A stretch of DNA of 64,000 bases, taken from assembly GCA_964570655.1 (NCBI GenBank), contig CAZMYU010000004.1:49-64048 (forward strand), written 5' to 3'. The position numbers and the translations under genes were made by a program. The notes below the pieces were generated by a model that saw nothing but the letters and a program-made list of their open reading frames with translations, was not told the DNA's origin and did no database searches. Shown here in pieces: positions 38,086 to 48,382 of this stretch (position 1 is its first letter; every line of letters begins with the position of its first letter). This DNA is from an uncultured Gammaproteobacteria bacterium (GTDB lineage: Bacteria; Patescibacteriota; Patescibacteriia; Patescibacteriales; UBA12465).

Positions 38086-38934
38086 ATGGAGGTTTTAAAC
38101 GATATGTTTAGTCAACCAAAAAAACCAGAAATTCCCGCTGTTAACGTCATCGAACGTTTACAGAGTGGCGAAAAATTTTCCGATATCATGGCTTCTGTGC
38201 CTAAAGAAGCTTTTTATCAAAAAGCCAATTGTTTGTGTTGCTCCGATGGCCGCTTTATGCCAGAAAACGAAGGGCAGAACAAGCTGGGTTCAGCTGGACA
38301 AGAAATTTTGTTGCTTTTCAATTTAGATGAGTATCATAATTTTGTGCATAAAATGTTTAGCAGCTCTAATCGTCCGGAAGCCATCGCTAGCCATACTGGT
38401 TGCGGAGCCGCTGGCTTGGCCTATAAAAAGATTCAGGAAATGATCGCTCAGGGAGAAGACCAAGCGGTTGCTGATATTTTTAATTTTTTGGAAATTAAAA
38501 ATTTGCCAGAGACATCTGACAAATTGGGCGAAATTTTTACGGAAAAATTAGCCAAGGAAGTGAATGCTAAATATTATCACATGTTTAGTGGCGAATCTTC
38601 CGATCATGCTGAGTCTGGTATTATAATTAGCTCTATCAACTTTGATGAGCGGTATATCAAAGCTCCGGGTCAGCAATTTTTTAATTCTTCCACAGCTATT
38701 TTTGAGGCCAAAGATGGTTATTTGAAAGCGGAAATTTCTGCTCTAACTAATATTGCTTTTCATCATGGCAAAATGAGCCCTAAGTCCTCAGCTTATAATC
38801 CTAATGATAAGTTTTATTATTTGATTATCGCTGATCAGGCCAATGCTCCGCGTTTGCAGGCGCTAGCTCACGATTTGGTGAGTAATTCTGAATTTAAAAA
38901 CCGTCTGCAGATTGAGGTTTTTGTCAAAGAATAA
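38086..38934 (+). CDS. Beta-carbonic-anhydrase-like protein (divergent)
   Basis: CCSDGR (Cys52-x-Asp-x-Arg) and SHTGCGA (His103-x-x-Cys106) with beta-CA-like spacing. Confidence 0.4.
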   Translation: MEVLNDMFSQPKKPEIPAVNVIERLQSGEKFSDIMASVPKEAFYQKANCLCCSDGRFMPENEGQNKLGSAGQEILLLFNLDEYHNFVHKMFSSSNRPEAIASHTGCGAAGLAYKKIQEMIAQGEDQAVADIFNFLEIKNLPETSDKLGEIFTEKLAKEVNAKYYHMFSGESSDHAESGIIISSINFDERYIKAPGQQFFNSSTAIFEAKDGYLKAEISALTNIAFHHGKMSPKSSAYNPNDKFYYLIIADQANAPRLQALAHDLVSNSEFKNRLQIEVFVKE

Positions 38935-39026
38935 TCATCCCAATTAACCCCTATCAACCCGTCAATTTGGCGGGTTTTTGATTGATTTGGCAATCTTGAC
39001 AGCTCTGGCCAAAGTGCTAAAATGGA

Positions 39027-39053
39027 TTAGCAAACAACTCTTTAGAGTGCTAA
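39027..39053 (+). promoter_or_regulatory. CIRCE operator in the groES leader
   Basis: TTAGCAAAC-N9-GAGTGCTAA; upstream TTGACA 38996-39001, 16 nt, TAAAAT 39018-39023. Confidence 0.8.
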
Positions 39054-39070
39054 TTATTAATTTAAAACAT

Positions 39071-39361
39071 ATGAACTTAAAACCCTTAAATGATCATTTG
39101 ATCGTTAAACCCCTTAGTCGCGAAGCGGTTACTAAGTCCGGTATTTTTTTGCCTGAAACAGCCGACAAAGAACGACCTGAGCAAGGTGAAGTTATTGCGA
39201 TTGGCACTGGTCGTTTACTAGAAAATGGTAATCTAGTTCCGATGTCGGTGAAAGTTGGTGACAAAATTGTTTTCAAAAAATATTCTCCCGATGAAATCAA
39301 AATTGATAATCAAGATTTTTTGGTTTTGAGGGATGGGGATGTGATTGCGATTATAGAATAA
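39071..39361 (+). CDS. groES: Co-chaperonin GroES
   Basis: MNLKPLNDHLIVKP...GEVIAIGTG; ATG 39071 lies downstream of promoter and CIRCE, so the 38978 start is rejected. Confidence 0.9.
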   Translation: MNLKPLNDHLIVKPLSREAVTKSGIFLPETADKERPEQGEVIAIGTGRLLENGNLVPMSVKVGDKIVFKKYSPDEIKIDNQDFLVLRDGDVIAIIE

Positions 39362-39479
39362 ATAAATTTAAGTAATTTGTAATTAGTAATTTGTATTTAG
39401 CGCTTAGAGCCTAATTATTAAAATTATAAATTTCAACCCCCAAACTACTAACTACTAACTACTAATTACTAACTACTAA

Positions 39480-41150
<1,671 letters not shown>

Positions 41151-41378
41151 GTACCGATTGAAGATTGAAAGATTGAAAATTGAAAGATTGTTATATAAAA
41201 GCCCTTAGCTTAAATGTCTAGGGGTTTTTTGTTGCTTGTTTTTTGATTTTATAGTAAAATATAGGTAAGGATTTAGAAATAAATAATAAATAATTAGCAA
41301 TTATGTTTTCAGATTGTCTAGCTATATTTTCCGTGGTTATCAGCCCTAGATAATTGTGATTTTTTATTTTAATAAACT

Positions 41379-42074
41379 ATGGGAATCGACGATCGCTTGC
41401 TAGCCCAACCAGATTCTTCTGACCCAGATCAGTCGTCGATGTCCGAAGAGGAGAAAGAGGAAGCTGATGATGAATTGGATGATTTAGAAGAAGATGAAAT
41501 TGAAGAAGGACAAAGGGCTGGGCAATTAGCAGCTTTACAAAATTTGGCTAGAAGACAAAGCCTACTAAATGCTGAGTCTGGTGATGAGCCTGAAGCTGAT
41601 TCTGACAAAAAAACCAGCTTGGCTAGTTCGGCCAAGGAGTTTGCCGCTTTGGCTAGCAATCCAGAAAAGGCGGCCGTCAAAGAAGCTCTGAGTTCTATCA
41701 AAAAGGGTTCTTGTTCGACGGTAACTGGCAAGCTTTTAAAAATTTCTTGGACCAATTTGCTTGATTCTTTCGGTACCTCGTTGATTTATATCGATTTGCA
41801 TTTGTGGGCTAATAAGTTTTTTGGTGATCGTATTTTTTCCAATCCGGGTGAAGAGATGATTCCTGAGCCCATGGCCAAATCTATGTCCAAAAAAGACTTG
41901 GCCAAGAAAGCTAAAATTTTTGGAACAGTTGAGACCCTGGGTTGTGTTTGTCTAAACTTGGGCTGTCTAGTCCTAGTTTTAATAACCACAACCATGATTT
42001 ATTTCCTCGTTAATCCTTTGGATCTAGCTTGGGCCACGCTTAAAGATTTGATTACCAAATTTTCACCATTTTAA
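41379..42074 (+). CDS. Hypothetical protein with acidic N-terminus and hydrophobic C-terminus; first gene of the T4SS-like cluster
   Basis: 231-aa ORF; poly-acidic SEEEKEEADDELDDLEEDEIEE; C-terminal TM LGCLVLVLITTTMIYFLV. Confidence 0.5.
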   Translation: MGIDDRLLAQPDSSDPDQSSMSEEEKEEADDELDDLEEDEIEEGQRAGQLAALQNLARRQSLLNAESGDEPEADSDKKTSLASSAKEFAALASNPEKAAVKEALSSIKKGSCSTVTGKLLKISWTNLLDSFGTSLIYIDLHLWANKFFGDRIFSNPGEEMIPEPMAKSMSKKDLAKKAKIFGTVETLGCVCLNLGCLVLVLITTTMIYFLVNPLDLAWATLKDLITKFSPF

Positions 42075-42084
42075 AAAATATTAA

Positions 42085-44847
42085 GTGCGCTTGATTAATA
42101 AAATGATCAACAAAATTAATAAAAAACAGAGAATTAGTTTGGCACTCACTTTGGTAGTGCTAGCTATCTTTTTGTTTTTGCCGGGGCGAGCTGAAGCTGG
42201 TGTTGGTTCGGCGGTGGCTGGAGTACTAAGCTGGATAGTCACCGGTATTATTTATATTTTGGGCAAATTATTAATAGTGCTCATTTGGTTGCTGATCATG
42301 GTGGCTCAGTATAATGACTTTATTACCGCTGGACCAGTAGTGACCGGTTGGGTGATTGTTCGAGATTTGTGCAACATGTTTTTTATTTTAATACTTCTCA
42401 TTATCGCTTTTGCGACTGTTCTTCAAGTGGAGCAATATAGTTTCAAAAAAATGCTCCCCAAACTTATTTTGATGGCGGTATTAATTAATTTTTCCAAATT
42501 AATTTGCGGTTTGTTTATAGATTTTGCCCAGGTAATCATGCTCACTTTTGTTAATGGTTTTAAGGATATGGGCGGTGGCAATTTTACCCAAATGCTTGGC
42601 ATTGAAAATTTTGCCTCACTTACCACAGCTGATTCGGCCGGTACAGTCGATAGTTGGAGTATTTTTGGAGCCTTACTTTTGGCTATGATTTATACCATAG
42701 TGGCTTTGGTAGTCATCTTTTCTATGCTCATAGCTCTAGTTTGGCGAATTGTGATGATGTGGGTATATGTGGTCTTGTCGCCAATTGCTTATTTCTTGCA
42801 AGCCGTTCCAGGTGGTCAGAGCTATGCCAATCAATGGTGGAGCGAATTTTCCAAAAATTTGATTGTCGGGCCAGTTTTGGCTTTTTTCATTTGGTTGTCG
42901 ATTGCCTCTTTGGGGCAAAGTGATAATGATACAATGAAAGCTATTAATAAAGCTCAAGAAGCTGATCGGACTCAGAGCGGTTTGACGACTGACGTTAATA
43001 GCGCGGTCACGACCGGTATAAAACCCGATGCCGCGGTTACTAAGGCTGGTGATCCGGACAACATGATGAAGTTTATTATTTCTATCGCCATGCTCATGGG
43101 CGGACTTATGATTTCTCAGCAAATTGGCGGACAAGCTGGAGCTGCGGCTGGTAAGGGTATGGGTCGACTGAGCAAGATGGGTACCGCTGCTTTGGGTGGC
43201 GCCGCTGCTATAACTGGCGTGAGCTACATGAAAGGTTCTTGGCAAAAATATCAAGGTATGCGCAAGGCCAAAAAAGAAGCTCGTTATGACTTGGGAGCCG
43301 CCAAGATTGCTGGTGGAATTGGCAAGATTAAACAAAGCGTCGCTTTGCCTTTTAACAAGGCTGGCGAAGGATTGCAAAAGCTTAATGCTCAATATGGTCT
43401 GAAAAGATGGGGCGGTCAGGCTAGCAGATTGGATAAAGAACGGGATGATTTGAAGGAGAAAATGGCTAGTGAATCTCAGATGATTAAAGAGAGTATTAAT
43501 AATAAAGCGGATTTTTCTCATGAAGGAACTACTTATAGGTATGATGCGGCTACTAATAAATATCAGAAATTGAATCCGGTTGATAATAGTGTAAGCGATG
43601 TTCAGGAGGGTCATGATTTCTTGGCTCAGATAGAGAGTGAATATGAATCTCAAATTGAAAATAAGCAAAAAACTTCTGACACTCTTAAGGCTAAACAGCG
43701 CAAAGTTGATCGGGTTTCAAATATTGCCCTGGGAGCTGGGGGAGCCACATTGGCGCTCTTTACTGGCGGCGTTGGATTAGCTGCTTTGGGCATGGCTGGA
43801 GCTACGGCTGGATTTGGTGGTAAAAAACTTAGAAACAGAGTGGCTAATGCTGGCAAAGAAGACTTGCGGATTGCCTCTAATTACCCAATCAAAGAGATCG
43901 GTCGTTTAAAAGAAGAAATGAAAAATGATAGTGCGGCCACCTTGAATTCCAAAATGGATGATCAGTCGCTAAGTGTTTTTGAAAGAGCGGCGGCTTCGAT
44001 GGAGGCCATGAGCCGAGGATTACTGACCTCGCAAGAGGCTCGTTTGAAGCGAGATCAGATTTTGAAAGATGTACCTTTTACTGGTGGAGCGCGAGAAAAA
44101 GCCAGTAATTTGATAGACATGAATTTGGAGAAATTTTATCCAGAATTGTCTAAACCAATTAGGGATCTAAATAGTACTGATACCAAAGAAAGAAGTGGAG
44201 CCGAAAGGACCATCAAACAGCGTTATGAATCTGGAGTTTATAATCTGGAGGGACTAAGCACTAAGTCTTTAGAGGCTACTATGCCATTTTTGGCTTCTTC
44301 TATGAATACCAATGCTTTTGCCGCTCAAATGGATAACCTCAAAGATGAAAATAAGAAGATGGCTATTATCAGGTCTTTGAGGGCTATTGGAACTAATGAA
44401 GCTAAAGAAAAGATTAGTCGGGTTAGAGATTTGGATTATGCTTTTGGTGATAATAATGCCGATCCTACGATTTTAAGTGGTAAGCAGGGGGTTACTAAGA
44501 AAATGAATTTTAATGCTATTTCCGAAGCTTTTAGTAAAGGAACCAAAGAACAGCAAACTGCCTTGAAAAATTTAGTGGCTCATTTACAGTCTACTGGTTT
44601 AAGCGACACTCAAATTATTAATGATTATTTTGGTCGAGCAGCTACTGAGCTCAATAATAAATCACAGAAAACCAGAGCGCTTTTGAATAATTTAGGATTA
44701 ACTACGGCGGCAACCCCTGTTCAGACTAATCAAAATACTACTGGTAATATAACCGGAGGGGCTGGTGGCACTGGTGGCGGAGGTGGCACTGGTGGTGGAG
44801 GAGGAGGGCCAACAATTCAGACAGTTGGACCATTACATCGAATTTAA
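42085..44847 (+). CDS. Large polytopic membrane protein, VirB6/TrbL-like N-terminal domain with long soluble tail
   Basis: Signal peptide, at least 6 TM in the first about 300 aa, Gly-rich internal TM pairs, C-terminal poly-Gly; cluster context. Confidence 0.5.
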   Translation: MRLINKMINKINKKQRISLALTLVVLAIFLFLPGRAEAGVGSAVAGVLSWIVTGIIYILGKLLIVLIWLLIMVAQYNDFITAGPVVTGWVIVRDLCNMFFILILLIIAFATVLQVEQYSFKKMLPKLILMAVLINFSKLICGLFIDFAQVIMLTFVNGFKDMGGGNFTQMLGIENFASLTTADSAGTVDSWSIFGALLLAMIYTIVALVVIFSMLIALVWRIVMMWVYVVLSPIAYFLQAVPGGQSYANQWWSEFSKNLIVGPVLAFFIWLSIASLGQSDNDTMKAINKAQEADRTQSGLTTDVNSAVTTGIKPDAAVTKAGDPDNMMKFIISIAMLMGGLMISQQIGGQAGAAAGKGMGRLSKMGTAALGGAAAITGVSYMKGSWQKYQGMRKAKKEARYDLGAAKIAGGIGKIKQSVALPFNKAGEGLQKLNAQYGLKRWGGQASRLDKERDDLKEKMASESQMIKESINNKADFSHEGTTYRYDAATNKYQKLNPVDNSVSDVQEGHDFLAQIESEYESQIENKQKTSDTLKAKQRKVDRVSNIALGAGGATLALFTGGVGLAALGMAGATAGFGGKKLRNRVANAGKEDLRIASNYPIKEIGRLKEEMKNDSAATLNSKMDDQSLSVFERAAASMEAMSRGLLTSQEARLKRDQILKDVPFTGGAREKASNLIDMNLEKFYPELSKPIRDLNSTDTKERSGAERTIKQRYESGVYNLEGLSTKSLEATMPFLASSMNTNAFAAQMDNLKDENKKMAIIRSLRAIGTNEAKEKISRVRDLDYAFGDNNADPTILSGKQGVTKKMNFNAISEAFSKGTKEQQTALKNLVAHLQSTGLSDTQIINDYFGRAATELNNKSQKTRALLNNLGLTTAATPVQTNQNTTGNITGGAGGTGGGGGTGGGGGGPTIQTVGPLHRI

Positions 44848-44872
44848 GTCTGTATATTAATTTTTAATATTT

Positions 44873-45976
44873 ATGCCTACTGTTAAAACTCAGCCAAATT
44901 ATCAAAAACTTTTCAACCTGTCACCAGAGGCGCAATTTTATTTGGGCTCGGATTTAAATGGTGTTTCTAATCAGGAACTAGCCAAAGATTTTGATTTGCC
45001 TTTGGATACTATTCATAATCTGATGTTTGATCTAATTGATAATGATTTTAATTTTGATTTTTTTCAAAAGCAGATCAAAAATTTACCTCTAGGACTTACC
45101 TTTCAAAAGAATTTTCAGGCTGATTTTGTTGGTAAATTACTATTGCCTCTGCAGGGGCAGGTGGCTAGCGATTTCAAGGTTTGGTGCCAGAAACTCGGCA
45201 TTGATCCTCTCAAATATCAAAAATATGTTGATGATTTTGAAGATCTAATTGATGAAGAAAATATTGATATTTTGGATGAAGCCGCTACCAAGGCCGAGAG
45301 TTTTGTGAATTTGCAAGAGGAAAAAGATATTTTAATAGATTTGTTAACGAATGGCCTGGTCGGTATTTTGAAAAATAATCATCATGATTCGGTTATTGAT
45401 CTTAATTCCGGGCTTATTTATTGTCTCAAAAGTGACGGGGCCTTTCAGGATAAATTGCAAAAGATTCTACTTTCTAGCCCAGAAATAATTAGTCAAAAAA
45501 ATCTGGTGTTAGAAGACAAAGAAGAGCCAGGATCGGTAGCTAATTGGCTCAAGGATTTTATTAAAAACAATGGTTCGGAGATTCCGAGTTCGGTAGTTTT
45601 GTCTCGATATATTTCTGAAGGAGCCAATACCAAGGCACTTAGTGATGAAGAGAAAAAAACTTTGCGCAAATTATTGCATCTTTATAAAAATTTGGTTTTC
45701 TTTCCGGATAGCTTAGCCAATCTGCCTATGGCTGATTGGGAGATAATTCCTTTTGATAAAGATGCGGGGAGTGAAGCCCCCTCCAAAATATTAAAACCAA
45801 TTAAGGCTCCTGTCCAAACTCAAGCTCTAGAAATAGAGCCTGAAAAAGAGCCGGTTGTTAAGGGGGCCCTGCGAGGCGATGAACCACTAGACAGTTTAGA
45901 AAAGATGTTAGCCAAGTATCCTCCGCATACCTTGGAACACAAAGTAATCAAGGAACAGTTAAAAAAGGAAGATTAA
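44873..45976 (+). CDS. Hypothetical protein (cluster member)
   Basis: 367-aa ORF, acidic, no recognised motif. Confidence 0.5.
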   Translation: MPTVKTQPNYQKLFNLSPEAQFYLGSDLNGVSNQELAKDFDLPLDTIHNLMFDLIDNDFNFDFFQKQIKNLPLGLTFQKNFQADFVGKLLLPLQGQVASDFKVWCQKLGIDPLKYQKYVDDFEDLIDEENIDILDEAATKAESFVNLQEEKDILIDLLTNGLVGILKNNHHDSVIDLNSGLIYCLKSDGAFQDKLQKILLSSPEIISQKNLVLEDKEEPGSVANWLKDFIKNNGSEIPSSVVLSRYISEGANTKALSDEEKKTLRKLLHLYKNLVFFPDSLANLPMADWEIIPFDKDAGSEAPSKILKPIKAPVQTQALEIEPEKEPVVKGALRGDEPLDSLEKMLAKYPPHTLEHKVIKEQLKKED

Positions 45977-45980
45977 CAAC

Positions 45981-47237
45981 ATGATCAATTATTTAGAAGA
46001 GTTTAATAAATTACCACAAAATCTCAAAGAGCAGGTCTCCAGTCCGGCAGCTTTATGTATTTTGGGTAGCTTAGAAGATAAATATCATGTCGAGTTGGCT
46101 ACTTTAGCTATTAAAATCATGATCAAAGAAGTGGCTATCAAGAATTTGCCTCAGTATTTGATAAGTGAATTAAAGTTAGAGCCACTCCATGCTGAAAATT
46201 TGACCAAGGAATTGATTGATAAAATTTTTATTCGTTCGGCTGAATACTTGGAACTCGGAGAGGTTAACGAATACAATCGCAAAGTGGCCAATGTGGTCGC
46301 TGAGATTTTTAAAAGAGCTAATGGTCATATTGAATCTGACGCCACGGCTCGTTGGCGAGCGGATCTAGCTGGTAGGCTTTATCAGGTGCTCAAGATGTAT
46401 TTGCGAGGAGTTCGCTCCAAGATTGATACCAAAAATACTTTGCTTAAATCGGTAGATACTGGTGGCTTGGATTTAGATGCTAACTCGACTGAAGAAATTT
46501 TGAAAATTACTGAGGAACTTAAGACCGCCATGGAAATCGGCAATGATAATCCAAATATTACGGCCGATCTGCAGTCGGTTTTGGGAAAAAATGGATTGAA
46601 AGCAGATTTTGATTTTAGTCACCAGTTGCCTTCGCCGAGCGTTAAAAAGGTTATTACTCTTGATGATTTGGATTTGTCTGATAAAAAACCAGTTGCTCCG
46701 ATTGTCGCGACCCCCAGTCCTGAACCAGCTCCGGTGCCAGTGGCCAAAGAAGTTGAGCCCACCACTAAAATTATGCCAGCTTTTACTCCGATTGTCGGGG
46801 CTGAACGTAAAAAAGATTATGTAGTTAAAGATATCGGATTTATTGCTCCGGGTCGAGAATTTAGAAACGATGGTAAAACTAGAGTCGAAGATGTCAAAGA
46901 GATGTATTCTAAAAATTCGGTTGATGATTTCAAGTATATGGACCTGGCCTCTTTTCGTCGTTTGGGAGTAAGTCCCCAGGAGGCGGTCGACAAAATAAAA
47001 TATCGTTTTGAAGAATTGGCCAAGGAAGATTATGAAAAAAATCTGGCCGCTATTTCGGCTTGGCGTCAGAGCCCGGTCAATAAATGGTATTTGAAAATTG
47101 TTAATTTGAGTATTGTCGACGGGCAAGATATTGCCAAAACTATTGAGGCTCTCCGGGGTAAAGGAGTTGATTGTTTGACCTTTGAAGAGTTTGAAGCCAT
47201 TTTGGAAATGAACAAAGAGCTACGGCGCAGTCATTAA
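45981..47237 (+). CDS. Hypothetical protein (cluster member)
   Basis: 418-aa ORF starting 4 nt after the upstream stop; Pro/Val-rich linker. Confidence 0.5.
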   Translation: MINYLEEFNKLPQNLKEQVSSPAALCILGSLEDKYHVELATLAIKIMIKEVAIKNLPQYLISELKLEPLHAENLTKELIDKIFIRSAEYLELGEVNEYNRKVANVVAEIFKRANGHIESDATARWRADLAGRLYQVLKMYLRGVRSKIDTKNTLLKSVDTGGLDLDANSTEEILKITEELKTAMEIGNDNPNITADLQSVLGKNGLKADFDFSHQLPSPSVKKVITLDDLDLSDKKPVAPIVATPSPEPAPVPVAKEVEPTTKIMPAFTPIVGAERKKDYVVKDIGFIAPGREFRNDGKTRVEDVKEMYSKNSVDDFKYMDLASFRRLGVSPQEAVDKIKYRFEELAKEDYEKNLAAISAWRQSPVNKWYLKIVNLSIVDGQDIAKTIEALRGKGVDCLTFEEFEAILEMNKELRRSH

Positions 47238-47246
47238 TTTTATATT

Positions 47247-47675
47247 ATGCAACAATTTACTGTCCCCCAATTTATTGATGTGGAACCAAAGATTATTGGG
47301 CCGATTACGACTCGGCAATTTTTGATACTCCTGGGAGCGGCGATTATCATCTTTGGGGCTTATAAAATTTTTGATTTTGCTTTGTTTTTGACGATTGGAA
47401 TTTTTGTATTTTTATTAGCTGCGGTTTTTGCTTTTGTTAAAGTTAACGGTCGGCCCTTTCATTTGTTTGTATTGAATTTGGTGCAAACTTTTAGGAAACC
47501 AGCTCTGAGAGTTTGGGACCATCATGATGATAGCGTGGCTGAAAAAGATACTCGTGAGGTCAAGTTTGAAGAAGTAGTAGTCAATAAAGAATTGAATCGT
47601 AAACAAGTCGAAGAATTATCTTTGGTTATTGATACCAAGGGGCGTTATAAAGGTGAGCCGAAATCAGAGAAATAA
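47247..47675 (+). CDS. PrgI-family (VirB3-like) small membrane protein
   Basis: MQQFTVPQFIDVEPKIIGPITTRQFLILLGAAIII, the typical PrgI N-terminus, plus 2 TM. Confidence 0.65.
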   Translation: MQQFTVPQFIDVEPKIIGPITTRQFLILLGAAIIIFGAYKIFDFALFLTIGIFVFLLAAVFAFVKVNGRPFHLFVLNLVQTFRKPALRVWDHHDDSVAEKDTREVKFEEVVVNKELNRKQVEELSLVIDTKGRYKGEPKSEK

Positions 47676-47700
47676 ATTTTTAAACCATTAATTATTTTTT

Positions 47701-48381
47701 ATGTCTGAAACCAAGCCAGGGGCTAATAAAACGATCATCTCCACTCAGAAATATTTGGATATTGCTGAGGTCAAAGAGAGTACGATTATCATGAAAGACG
47801 GGACTCTCCGGGCAGTTTTGGGCGTGTCTAGTATTAACTTTGCTCTCAAAAGTGAAGATGAGCAAAATGCGGTTATCTCGGCTTATGTGAGTTTTCTAAA
47901 CAATATTAGTTCACCTATTGAAATCGTCATTCAGTCTCGGGAATTGAATATTAATCATTATTTAGAATCTCTGAGCCAAAAAGCCAAGGAGCAAACCAAT
48001 AAATTACTCAAAATGCAAACTATTGAATATATCAATTATATCAAGGAGCTAGTGAGCATTGGTAAGATTATGAGTAAAAGGTTTTATGTAGTGATCTCTT
48101 ATAATCCAAGTTCTGATGGTCATAAAACATTTTTTTCTTCACTGTTAGAGGTTTTCCGACCAGCCACTTCACTGAAACTGCGAGAATCAAAATTTGTGCG
48201 CTATAAAGGAGAGCTAGATCGGCGAGTGGAGAGTGTGGTAGGAGGACTCTCCTCACTGGGTATTGAGATCAATCGTCTGAGTACGCAAGAGTTGATTGAA
48301 TTGTTTTATCATATTTATAATCCCGAAACCTCCCAGCACGAACCGCTGGTTGATCTTAATAAATTAAAAATCGAAGCCTAA
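47701..48381 (+). CDS. VirB4-type ATPase, N-terminal domain encoded as a separate ORF
   Basis: TQKYLDIAEVKESTIIMKDGTLRAVLGVSSINFALKSEDEQ resembles the N-terminus of Gram-positive VirB4/TraE proteins. Confidence 0.55.
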   Translation: MSETKPGANKTIISTQKYLDIAEVKESTIIMKDGTLRAVLGVSSINFALKSEDEQNAVISAYVSFLNNISSPIEIVIQSRELNINHYLESLSQKAKEQTNKLLKMQTIEYINYIKELVSIGKIMSKRFYVVISYNPSSDGHKTFFSSLLEVFRPATSLKLRESKFVRYKGELDRRVESVVGGLSSLGIEINRLSTQELIELFYHIYNPETSQHEPLVDLNKLKIEA

Positions 48382-48382
48382 T

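Noticed and set aside
41156-41190. Short tandem GATTGAAA-type arrays (also 50951-51034 and 39441-39480) as CRISPR arrays
   Set aside because: Units are 5-8 nt with no unique spacers and no regular 25-40-nt repeat/spacer periodicity. No cas genes are present in the window.
42736-43668. Long antisense ORFs from the six-frame track. Examples: 310 aa opposite the VirB6-like gene, 46473-47126, 36398-36877 opposite atpD, 29443-29889 opposite dnaJ, and 40103-40510 opposite groEL.
   Set aside because: They lie fully inside strongly supported genes on the other strand, have low-complexity or repetitive composition, and lack any motif. They are shadow ORFs.
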